Shown: piece by piece, positions 47,401 through 57,453 of the stretch | Layout of the letters: every line of letters starts with the position of its first letter | How positions within the stretch are numbered: position 1 is the stretch's first letter | Source: a virus | Length of the DNA: 64,000 nucleotides | Reading direction: 5' to 3' (one strand) | Virus record (IMG/VR): IMGVR_UViG_3300031707_002920 | Span: 1 to 64,000 of that record | Program-made: the position numbers and the translations under genes | The notes under the pieces: model-generated | Told to the model about the DNA's origin: nothing | The model's database searches: none | The model's input: the letters and a program-made list of their open reading frames with translations, nothing else

Positions 47401-50400
47401 CCGACGTGACTATGAACGCTCAGATTTTCAGTTCCCTGAGAAAACACGGAAAAGATATGTTGGATGTCTCCTGCTTAGCTAAAGAATTAAAAAAGGGTCT
47501 TATGGGGACGATGTGGGGTGCTCGCGTGTGGGTTCATAGAGATGCTACAGAAATTAGGTGTTACGGAGAAAATAGTGTTGAGTTTGAAAAGCAATTCCCT
47601 TTTCTCAAGGAGTCTAAAAGAGTTCTCAAAATTAAAGACTAAAAGCCACAAACGAAGAGAGAGGAGGGATGTGATGAGCCGGTCGTACTTTACAACACAG
47701 AAAATTTCACGTAAGATATTTCCTAATAAAGTGGGAGATAGCATCCTACTTAAAAATGGAGAAAAACTAACTATTGGATCAGATAGAAAGGATATATCTG
47801 GATCATTCTATCTGACGGATGGGATAGCAAGTGTGTGGTTGTATTTCGATAAGGGCCTTCTCTCTATGTACGATATAAACAATACATTTGCATGGAATGG
47901 TACTGGAGAGCCATTGCTGAAAAAAATCCGATCATACGTGCGCAAACCAAAAGCAAAAGAGGCACGTCCTGTGCCTAAGAGCCGCCACAAGGACACTATG
48001 GTAGCGCGAAAAATAGCAGCCAACAGCCACAGCCCAAAACAGTGGAAGTTGACTAAGGACTAATTTTATTATAGTCCGCTGCATCGGGCGTGCGGCGGAC
48101 GTTGTACAAAATTTAACCGCGTCTTGGATTTATAGCCGGGGCGCAAAACAGGAGAAAAACATGAAAGACACAGAGTTGAGAATTATCAGCGACGGTACTG
48201 TTGCTGGCACACAGGTGGTGGATTCTAAAGGTAACAGGGTCAAATTAGTACAGAAAATAAAATGGGAGTTATCCCTATCGTCTGGTATATCTAAAGTTAC
48301 ATTGGAAATTGCCAAAACACCTATTGATGTCATCGCCAAAAAAGCAAGAGCGCCCCGGAGGAACATTAAGGAACGCGGTTAAACTTCGTACAACAAATGC
48401 ATGGCGGGGAGTACCCCCAAATTTGGAGTACCAAACTTCGCCATGCATCAAACGTTGTGCGAAATAACCGGCGAACCATATTGGAGGCGCGAATGATTCA
48501 CAAACACGATCTGCGTACCGCTATCAGCGATCTCGGGCAGGCTCTGGAGCATGTCGAGCACTATAGTGGTAGGCCGGAAGTTTTTTGCCTTAAGCAGCTT
48601 TTGGTCAATCCACTTTCGTACGCGCAGAACAATGGGAGTCGCCGGTTACATCGCACAACAGCGAAAGTGCGCAATGTCAACACAATTTTCAAGAGTCTAT
48701 TTGTATTCGCTGTGGTAAAAAATTGTGATGCCACAGCGCACGTTTCGCGAGACGTTGGTTGCAATGGTCTTCTTAAATTTATTATAGGCGGCGCAAATGG
48801 CAATTCCATTTTTCAAATGTAGTAAACATGGTGTTGTGAAGTTCAGGGTTATTCACGAGTGCGAGGTATGCGCCGCTGAAAACCGCTGTACTCAGCCCAC
48901 AGACAACCAACATACGCAGCTTGCAATTGCAGCTCTTCGCGGCGCGTTGTCTCGGTTGCCCGTCAATCTTGGCATGGTAGATCAGATATTGGTTGCCTTC
49001 GAGGAAGAGCTGCAACAGCAAGCGAGTGCGTAAAACGTTGGCCGAAACTCCACGGCCAAAACGAATATAGATAGGCGGCATTATGCGGCCAAAGCGCCGC
49101 ACTGCGCATAATCGCGGGCGTTGTACGCAATGGGCTTCTTAAATTTATTGGAGGTGGTTGCTTATGTCAAAATGCAATAGTTGCGGTCGTGAGCCTCTTG
49201 AATATGTAACAAGGTGTGTGCGTTGCGGAGCGGCGCAACCACTGGAAAGCAGCGGTACTCAGCCCACAGACGTACAACAGCTAAAGGCCGAAATCGCCAT
49301 GTGTGCGGCGTTGCTTGAGCCTTTATTCGGGGCGACTGAGGAACAAAGTAAGGTCATTACCGATGTCACGCAAAGACTGTGGCGACTATCAGCCGTTTAG
49401 CAAACGTTGTATGCCATTTACATTTTCTCGGAGGTTATAGGCACATGGCTATATGCGGTACGAATCAATGCGTAGAGTGCGAGCTGTATATACACTGCAT
49501 ACGACATGTGCGCGACGTAGTTCCGCCATGTGCAAAAAATGTAAACCAGCTAAAAGCCGAAATTCGCGCATTGCTAAACGACAATTGTGAGTTTTACGAA
49601 AGTAACGCTTCGTTAAGTAACATTAGCGCGTTTTTGTTCAAATTGCGCGAACTATCGGCTGTTTAGCAAATCGTTGTGCGCCATTAGAACCAGTCTTTAT
49701 ATCGAGAGGTAAAACATGTTTGCTTTGCAGTTAGTAGCACTCGTGCTGATTCTGTCTGCCGCTGCCCTCATAGTTACGATGCTTTTATTGGGTGTCGTAA
49801 GTTCGTTTTCGTCAAGTAAATGGTTCTGTACATCAATGGGTTGGCATCGTCAGCCAGACTCCATAGGCTTTGATGGCTGCTCGATGCTTGGTTGCTGTCC
49901 TCGGTGCGGCAAACATGTTTTACTGGATAGTCAAGGTAACTGGTTCTAACAGCGCACAACAAATAGACAAGGAGATTTATATGGCGCGCAAGATTGTAAA
50001 GTTCGATGTTCAGCAGGTGCCGAATGATTATTGGAGTCAGTGTCACTACATATCGTGGTGTCTGTGCGACGACGGTACTATGTGGGAATTGCAAGATAAT
50101 GAAAGCGCGTGGCGTCAGTTGCCTGTACCGGGGTGCGCGCCGGACACTGTGGAAGGCGCAAATTTACATCCACCAAGTGTGCCAGTTTGCCCTTCATGGT
50201 GTAAGGATACGTCAAGTGGTACGTGGGGGTGTTTGAAGGGCAAACCAGCACACATTTTGAAAGGTGGCGATCATGTCAACAGACATTAACGTAGGTTTGG
50301 GAGAGTTTAAACTATTAGAGAGATTTGTGGTAGCTATGGAGCGAATCGCCACCAAACTGGAGGAAATCGCTCCTTCCACACCAACTAACAAAAGTGTGCC

Positions 50401-51275
50401 ATTATCTAAAACTAGTTATAAATTTCCAGAAACTGGAGTCTTTTTGGATATCCCTGTCAAAGCTCATTGGGTTCATAAAAATGTTAGTGAGATGAAAGAG
50501 GTCCGTATTTTTGGTAACATTTTAAAACTGGCTGAAACTTATGACATAATGATAACGCGGTCAGATTCTGAAAAATTGGTAATTTATATCGATGAGCCAG
50601 GAAAAAAATTCCGAATAAGAGGTTAAAAGGATATTTTATGATCTGGATAGAGGTAAACAATTTGGAATTATTGTCAATGTGGAAACAATGTGTACTTTTT
50701 AGAATTGGAGGGTGCAATGAAAGTTTTGCCGTTGTGTGATACGTCTGGACACGATATGGAGATTGTTGCTGAAACAGACTTTGAGGCGGAGTGGCTTAAA
50801 TGTCATTTCAAGGTTTGGCGCGGTGTAGATGGATTTGTTGATGATACAACAGTAGGTGGTGTTCGCCTCAAAGTCAAGAGCGCATGGTGGGATTGCACTA
50901 GAGCACTGGCGGAAGCGCACACACAGCCTACAACAGCGCCATGCGGTACGGGGCAGAAGCCCCAAATTGCCGAAGCGTCAACTTCCGCATAGCGCAAACT
51001 TGGAAGAAAAATGAAACTTACATCGTTTGCGTAACTCAGGCCGGTTCGTGATGCAGCGATGCGTGTCGTTGAGGCTCAAACAGCGCCTCAATGCCGCTAT
51101 TGTTTAAGCTTCATTGATGATTCTCATAAATTTATAGTTTTAAACTGTATATAGTAGCTAAAAATGTGTACAATATAAACTAATATCCCACTCAGGTATG
51201 TCGTATTTAAATACTCTGTTTGTGGTAGTTTTTAATGTAATCACATGAATATGAAAAACAAAACAGAAGAAGAAA

Positions 51276-52535
51276 ATGAAACTCGTACACAAATTTAACT
51301 ATAGAAAGAAAAACATTGAGCTGGATACTTTGTGTAGAGTGTCTAATGATATCTATAATCAAGCGAATTATACCATAAAACAGGAGCTAAATAAATCTGG
51401 TAAATGGATACGATATAACGAGCTAGACCAAATAATGAAAGTCACAGAGAATCTAGAGCACGAGATAAATTATAGGAAACTAAAAGCACAGGCGGCTCAG
51501 CAAACATTAAGGATGCTGGATAAAAACTGGAACTCTTATTTCAGAGCACTCAAACCGTTTAAAAAGGATCCCAATAAATTTACCGGTCAACCGAGACCTC
51601 CTAGATTTCTAAAACGTGGGAGCATAAATTTACTAGTTTATACTAATCAATGCTCCCAAATAAAGGATAATAAAATAGTATTAGAAGAAAACATATCCAT
51701 AGGAATACCCGAGGTAGATAAAGATTTTAGTAAATTTAATCAGATAAGAATTTTGCCGAGAAAAAATAGATATGAGATAGAGATAGTCTATAGCGTAGAT
51801 TGTGCCAATTTAGAACTAGATCAGAACAATTATTTATCAATAGATTTGGGAGTCAACAATTTAGCGGCTTGTATTTCTAAAGATAAATCTTTTCTTTTAG
51901 ACGGCAAACCTATTAAGTCTATAAATCAGTTTTTTAACAAAACTCTTGCAAAGAATAGATCTTTCAGAGACAAAAAAGGAGGCGGAGCATGCCGTAGAAA
52001 ATCAAACGAACTAAGTAATTACAGAGAGTTTTTTATCAGGGATCAGTTTCATAAAATGACGAGGCTTCTTGTAAATTATTGCATAGTGAAAAACATTGGT
52101 ACTATAGTTTGTGGGTATAATAAGCGATGGAAAGACTCCATCGATATTGGTAAAGTTTCGAATCAGAAGTTTACCAACATACCTCATAAACTATTTTTGA
52201 AGATGTTAAAATACAAATGTAATTTAGTAGGCATTGTGTTGATTTGTAAAGAGGAGTCATACACATCTAAGTGCGATGGACTAGCATTAGAGCCCGTAAA
52301 AAAGCACAAAGTTTACTTGGGCAAGAGGATTAAGAGAGGGCTTTTTCAGAGCTCTGTTGGAAAGCTTATCAATGCTGATATTGGTGGGTCTTTAAATACA
52401 CTTAGAAAAGTAATCGGTGATGGTTCCTTTATCAGGGATCTAATCGATAGTGTGGTTCTGTTTAACCCAGTGAAGATAAGGTTTGCGGATTTAAGCTGCA
52501 AGCAGACTCTTTCAAATTTTTTGGTTAGATGTTAA
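51276..52535 (+). CDS. tnpB: Stand-alone TnpB (IS1341-like)
   Basis: YNQANY, SIDLGVNN, IVCGYNKRWK, EESYTSK, NADIGG. Confidence 0.9.
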   Translation: MKLVHKFNYRKKNIELDTLCRVSNDIYNQANYTIKQELNKSGKWIRYNELDQIMKVTENLEHEINYRKLKAQAAQQTLRMLDKNWNSYFRALKPFKKDPNKFTGQPRPPRFLKRGSINLLVYTNQCSQIKDNKIVLEENISIGIPEVDKDFSKFNQIRILPRKNRYEIEIVYSVDCANLELDQNNYLSIDLGVNNLAACISKDKSFLLDGKPIKSINQFFNKTLAKNRSFRDKKGGGACRRKSNELSNYREFFIRDQFHKMTRLLVNYCIVKNIGTIVCGYNKRWKDSIDIGKVSNQKFTNIPHKLFLKMLKYKCNLVGIVLICKEESYTSKCDGLALEPVKKHKVYLGKRIKRGLFQSSVGKLINADIGGSLNTLRKVIGDGSFIRDLIDSVVLFNPVKIRFADLSCKQTLSNFLVRC

Positions 52536-52740
52536 AAGGTGAATACATTTTTTAACATTATTAACGAAAAGGATAACATGTCTAAAAGATATCGCAAATG
52601 TGATGATCACGATATAAAAGATTTTTCATATCTTCTACAAACTTACGGGATTCATTGGGAAAATGCTGATAAAATTCTCAAAGCAAAGACGGCGCATGAA
52701 AAAGAAAAAAATGAAGTAAATAAGTAAGAAAGATTGTGCT

Positions 52741-53709
52741 ATGCTGCGTTGTCAAGAATCTGCGAAGCTTCAGCTCAAGCAAAGTTTCAAAAAAGTCATT
52801 CTGATAGATGCAAATCATTTATTGAGCAGGACATTTCATGTACCGTCATTTCAAAATTTAAAAGCTACAATTGATGGCAATGAAGTGTTCACTGGCGCTA
52901 CGTACGGTTTCTTATGGTCGCTCAAAAAAATAGTAGATACACATAGGCAACTTAATGATGTATTAATAGTCGTCTGGGACGGTGGCGGTAAAAATTTCAG
53001 GCACGAACTTAGTGCAGACTATAAAGCTACTAGGGCTAAAAAAACACCAGAATTCTTGTTCCAAGTCGGTCTGACTAGGGACGTACTGAAAACATTAGGA
53101 ATAATGCAGTGTCAGATGCCTAATACAGAAGCTGATGACATTATCGGCGTATTGACAAAGCAAGCTAGATTGAAAGGTTATAAAGTCCTCATCATTTCGG
53201 GCGATAAGGATTTCAACCAATTAGTCAGTAACAATGTTTCAGTATTACATCCCGGTTCTGGTCAAAGTGAAGATAAATTGATGACCCCTGATGTGATTAA
53301 AGAAGAGTATGGTATTTCGCCCAATCAATTTATCGATTGGTTAACTTTACAAGGAGATGGTTCGGATAATATCGCCGGAATCGAGGGTATAGGTAAAAAG
53401 ACTGCGTCAGAATTGATTCAATGTAATGGTACGATAGAGAATATAATTAGTTCTGATATTCATTACAAGTTTAATCGGAAAGGGTTAAAAAAAGAAATAA
53501 GTGATAACTTGCAACAAAAGATAAACGCATCTAAAGATAAGCTTAAATTATCAAAACAATTAGTGACAATTAAGACGGATATAAAAGATTTAGACGTTAA
53601 TGTAGAACAAAGTAAGCCAGACTTCTCTCATTTAAGAGATTTATTTAAGACGTATAAGTTTTCTACGATCTTGCAAAAATTCAATGAATTCATAACTACG
53701 TTTTCATGA
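52741..53709 (+). CDS. 5'-3' exonuclease/flap endonuclease (PolA N-terminal family)
   Basis: LIDANH, YKATR, EADD, SGDKDFNQL, GDGSDNIAGIEGIGKKTA. Confidence 0.93.
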   Translation: MLRCQESAKLQLKQSFKKVILIDANHLLSRTFHVPSFQNLKATIDGNEVFTGATYGFLWSLKKIVDTHRQLNDVLIVVWDGGGKNFRHELSADYKATRAKKTPEFLFQVGLTRDVLKTLGIMQCQMPNTEADDIIGVLTKQARLKGYKVLIISGDKDFNQLVSNNVSVLHPGSGQSEDKLMTPDVIKEEYGISPNQFIDWLTLQGDGSDNIAGIEGIGKKTASELIQCNGTIENIISSDIHYKFNRKGLKKEISDNLQQKINASKDKLKLSKQLVTIKTDIKDLDVNVEQSKPDFSHLRDLFKTYKFSTILQKFNEFITTFS

Positions 53710-54111
53710 TACAATGTTTGATCTAATAAAGAAGAAAAATGTCAGAAATAATTTGTAAAGGATGCAATAGAAGAACAATAACATCACTATCTATAGGGCC
53801 CTTTGAAAAAGAAGCCATAGAATGTTATGTAGCTCTTGAAAATGGACAAATTGTTAAAGGATGTGGCTACGAACGTGCGGATATTTTTTATAAAGAACTT
53901 GCTGATAAATATTTGAAAGATAATGCGTAGTTAAGTGCATTCAAATATTTTTTTGCGAGAATATTATCTGCATGACATCTTTGAAGCTGTTAACACTTAC
54001 TACTACGATGCAATAAAATATGTAAAATTTATAGCGCAAGCAGTATAGAATAAAACCGTAGTATAAAAGTTGGTTGTAGTATAACTTTTAACTTAACAGC
54101 AGGAGGTTTTC

Positions 54112-54489
54112 ATGGCTAAAGAAGGGAAAGTCAAGAAACAACGTCGGTCAAAGGCTGAACAATTCCGTATGCCTGATCTCATTACGGTTGTTCAAGATGT
54201 AACCAGTCTTTCACGTCGTGAGTCGAAAGTAGCTATTCAGGCTGTGGTTTATGCTATTAAGAAAGGTTTGATAGAGAAAGGTTACGTAAAGATCCCAGGT
54301 TTTGGCAAGTTTGTCAAGATTCATAAGAAAGCTACAGAGCGCAAATCATTCGGTAAAATGACCAAGATTCCTGAAAAAGATGTTGTGAAATTCCGCCCGC
54401 TAAAGAGTCTGAAGCTGCTTGTCAACGGTGCTATTGAGCTTGAAAAGTATGTTGAAGAAGAAGAGACAGCCGGCGACGACAAAAAGTAA
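54112..54489 (+). CDS. HU-family DNA-binding protein
   Basis: VKIPGFGKF...KIPEKDVVKFRPLKSLK. Confidence 0.88.
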   Translation: MAKEGKVKKQRRSKAEQFRMPDLITVVQDVTSLSRRESKVAIQAVVYAIKKGLIEKGYVKIPGFGKFVKIHKKATERKSFGKMTKIPEKDVVKFRPLKSLKLLVNGAIELEKYVEEEETAGDDKK

Positions 54490-54520
54490 ATTGATCCTTA
54501 AAGATTAACATCGATTCACA

Positions 54521-54553
54521 AAGGCTGGTGCATTTTTGCATCAGCTTTTTTTT
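54521..54553 (+). terminator. Intrinsic terminator
   Basis: AAGGCTGGTGCA-TTTT-TGCATCAGC followed by a T run. Confidence 0.8.
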
Positions 54554-54652
54554 CGTAAAGTAGAAGACCAAAATTGTAAAGAATTTTCTTAAATTATGAA
54601 GCAGGAATCTTGAATGCTTCCAATAAGCACTTAGAAAGTAGCAGGTTTTTGA

Positions 54653-55657
54653 ATGAATGAATTTAATTGTACAATGGCAACTTCATTTGAGCACGCATAT
54701 ATTCAGGCAATTGATGCATTAATGAGACTAGGTCAGACGTCATATCCAAGAGGTTTGGAAACAAAAGAATTAATATCATATATGCTTGGATTTGAAAATT
54801 CTAGAAAACGGTTGATATTTAATCCTGAAAGAAAAATCAATTTGGCTTTTATGCTCGCAGAATGTTTATGGATTATGAACGGTCGCGAAGATGTCGACAT
54901 GATTTCATTTTATAATTCAAAAATTAGTCAATTTTCAGATAATAGTCACACTTTTCATGGTGCTTACGGACCAAGACTTCGAAGATTACCTGATAAAAAT
55001 CTAATACCTCTTGACCAATTTCGATTAGTCATTGATAAATTAAAATCTGATTCTGATAGTCGACAAGCTATTTGCAACATATTTTTAGCAGGATCAGATT
55101 ATGTTATTACAAAAGATGTACCATGCACGATAAGCTTTCAATTTTTACTTAGACGTAATAAATTGAACATGATAGCTAGCATGCGATCGAACGATGTACT
55201 TTTGGGGCTTAGCACTGACGTATATAATTTTTCGACAATTCAAGAAGTGATGGCTTCAGAGCTTGAAGTTGAACTGGGTTGGTATTATCACGTCGATGGT
55301 TCGTTACACATTTACAAAAAAGATTTTGAATGGGCGCAAAGAATATTAGCTAATAGTAGCAGAACAGTCAGCGAAATATTAGAAATGCCGCCGATGCCGA
55401 CACATTCTCTACAATATGTGAAAATGCTCGGCGAATTTGAAGAACAGTTAAGGACTCGGACTGTGTTTATGGACGATTTGCCAGAATATTGGCATAAATG
55501 GTTGTTAGTGTTTGCGTGTTATAAATATCTTAAAGAAAATAATATTGATAAAGCAGAAGATTGTAATGACCGTATTGGTAAAGATCATCCATTTTATGTT
55601 TTTATGAAGAGGAGTATTGATAGAAAACTTGCAAAACGAGCAGGTGAACATGAATGA
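54653..55657 (+). CDS. Thymidylate-synthase-family enzyme, probable dCMP hydroxymethylase
   Basis: GAYGPR, DSRQA, KDVPCT, MRSNDVLLGLSTD (Asp at the substrate-specificity position), GSLHIY. Confidence 0.8.
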   Translation: MNEFNCTMATSFEHAYIQAIDALMRLGQTSYPRGLETKELISYMLGFENSRKRLIFNPERKINLAFMLAECLWIMNGREDVDMISFYNSKISQFSDNSHTFHGAYGPRLRRLPDKNLIPLDQFRLVIDKLKSDSDSRQAICNIFLAGSDYVITKDVPCTISFQFLLRRNKLNMIASMRSNDVLLGLSTDVYNFSTIQEVMASELEVELGWYYHVDGSLHIYKKDFEWAQRILANSSRTVSEILEMPPMPTHSLQYVKMLGEFEEQLRTRTVFMDDLPEYWHKWLLVFACYKYLKENNIDKAEDCNDRIGKDHPFYVFMKRSIDRKLAKRAGEHE

Positions 55658-55851
55658 TTCATTTTTAACAGCACTTACAGCACTTTTTAAAAAATATTCA
55701 AAAAAACAATTAGCGACAATGTCATTTGTAGAATTTACGATCTTGCGAGCGGGAAAGCCCACGACTTCAGTCGTGGGATGAAAGCGAGCAATAGATAAGT
55801 CGAACTCTTCTATGAAAATATAGTATATTAGATAAACGGGAGGTATCTAAT

Positions 55852-56247
55852 ATGCCAAGATGGGACAAGTCAAACAAGGCGACCTATAATTTGGGATACC
55901 ACTTAATCTGGTGCCCCAAGTACCGACGCAAAGTCTTGGTTGGAGATGTAGAGAAAAGACTCAAAGAGCTGTTCCATGAAAAGGCAAAGGAGCTTTCTAT
56001 TTCTATTGAGAAAATGGAAGTCATGCCCGATCATGTTCATCTTTTCGTTAAATGCTCTCCAGTCAATTCTCCTCATCTGATCGTAAAGCACCTCAAGGGA
56101 TACAGTTCGAGAGTGATGAGGATAGAGTTCCCAAAATTGAAATCAAGACTCCCGTCACTGTGGACCCGATCCTACTACTGTGAATCGATAGGTCACATTT
56201 CAGAAGAGACAATCAAAAAGTACATCGACGACCAAAAGAACAAATGA
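55852..56247 (+). CDS. tnpA: Y1 HUH transposase
   Basis: YHLIWCPKYRRKVL, PDHVHL, LWTRSYY, YIDDQ. Confidence 0.96.
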   Translation: MPRWDKSNKATYNLGYHLIWCPKYRRKVLVGDVEKRLKELFHEKAKELSISIEKMEVMPDHVHLFVKCSPVNSPHLIVKHLKGYSSRVMRIEFPKLKSRLPSLWTRSYYCESIGHISEETIKKYIDDQKNK

Positions 56248-57269
56248 TCCTCACAATCAAAATCAAACATGGAGTAGACCTATCTGTCGAGCTTGAAAAG
56301 GCTCGCCGGATAGCTGTGTTTGCTTTGAAGACTGGATCACGTAGCTCGAAGGACGTTAAACACTTCGGTCTGAAATCAGCGCTGTCAAATCAGGTGCTCA
56401 AAAAGTACAGCGCGAATAAAAAGCTCAAGAGAGTCAGTCGTGTCAAGCTCACGGTGCCTAACCAGTCTGTCAAGGCTGAATCTGAACAACTCTCTATCCC
56501 CTGTCTGAAGCTCAAACTCCCCACTGAGCACTTCAGGTATGAGTTTCAGAAAATCAACCAGATAGAACTCGACAAGACATACGCCTATATTACCGGAGAG
56601 GTCAAAGAGCCGGATCTGATTAAGTCTGAGAAGCACCTTGGTGTTGATCTGAATACCAAAGGCCACTGTGCTGTTATTGGAATTCCTTCTACTGGTGATG
56701 TTATTAAGCTTGGAAAGAAAGCTCTCCACATTCACACCAAGTACAAAAGCATCAGAAGGAAACTACAGAGCAAGAAGAAGTATAGGAAGCTCAATCAGAT
56801 CAAGCGAAGAGAGTCAAATATCGTCCGAGATTTGAATCACAAGATTTCAAAGAAGATAATCTTAACTGCAAAGGAGAATGGCTGCTCGATTAAGTTGGAG
56901 AATCTCAAGGGAATTCGAAACAACAAAAAACAAGCTCGATCTTTTAAGTACTCCTTATCCTCTTGGTCTTATTTCCAACTACTGACGATGATTCAGTACA
57001 AGGCCAAAAAGTTTGGAGTAGATGTAGGCTTAGTTGATCCCCGCTACACTTCAAAAACGTGTAGTAGATGCGGGACTATAGGCATACGGCAAGATAAGAG
57101 CTTCACGTGTCCGTCATGTGGGCACGTAGATCATGCGGATGCTAATGCTGCCTTTAACATTGCAGCATGGCCTCTAATTGATCCATTGCATACAGACAGA
57201 GATGTATGTAAAGGGAGCACTGATGCCCCGCAATGTGGAGTAGCCTTATCGAGCGGCGTAGCCGCATGA
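56244..57269 (+). CDS. tnpB: TnpB RNA-guided nuclease (short N-terminus)
   Basis: GVDLN, LENL, TSKTCSRCG, CPSCG, ADANAAFNI. Confidence 0.94.
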   Translation: MILTIKIKHGVDLSVELEKARRIAVFALKTGSRSSKDVKHFGLKSALSNQVLKKYSANKKLKRVSRVKLTVPNQSVKAESEQLSIPCLKLKLPTEHFRYEFQKINQIELDKTYAYITGEVKEPDLIKSEKHLGVDLNTKGHCAVIGIPSTGDVIKLGKKALHIHTKYKSIRRKLQSKKKYRKLNQIKRRESNIVRDLNHKISKKIILTAKENGCSIKLENLKGIRNNKKQARSFKYSLSSWSYFQLLTMIQYKAKKFGVDVGLVDPRYTSKTCSRCGTIGIRQDKSFTCPSCGHVDHADANAAFNIAAWPLIDPLHTDRDVCKGSTDAPQCGVALSSGVAA

Positions 57270-57453
57270 TGAGCGCAATGGACACAAGAACCCCACGACT
57301 TTAGTCGTGGGAGTACGTCAGATAAAATAACTAAGCGTATTCTTTTATTTAAGCAATATTTAAAAAATTATAGTAGATAAAAACGTATACTATATAAATT
57401 ATTATCATACTCAAGCGCATTACGTTCAGCATTCTGTTTGCGAAAAGGATAAC

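Larger units (their letters stand above)
40686..51003 (+). mobile_element. Integron-like gene cassette array (about 25 attC-bounded units, no integrase in window)
   Basis: Core G positions 40686, 40982, 41284, 41689, 41971, 42379, 42892, 43177, 43718, 44025, 44386, 44720 (GGT variant), 44994, 45453, 45991, 46280, 46564, 47132, 48101, 48454, 48754, 49037, 49120, 49406, 49673; most preceded by CAAC plus an imperfect hairpin; usually one short ORF per unit. Confidence 0.88.
55739..57321 (+). mobile_element. Complete IS605-group element (tnpA + tnpB)
   Basis: Target TTAC; left AAAG-CCCACGAC-TTCA-GTCGTGGG; right GAAC-CCCACGAC-TTTA-GTCGTGGG...TCAG. Confidence 0.92.

Noticed and set aside
40686-51003. 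CRISPR array (units begin GTT and end AAC)
   Set aside because: Units are hundreds of bp, variable in length, contain ORFs and the repeats are not identical; no cas genes.
55650-57379. In-frame gene restored by removing the IS605 at 55739-57321
   Set aside because: Joining TTAC to ATAAAAT gives an immediate stop; no convincing restored ORF.
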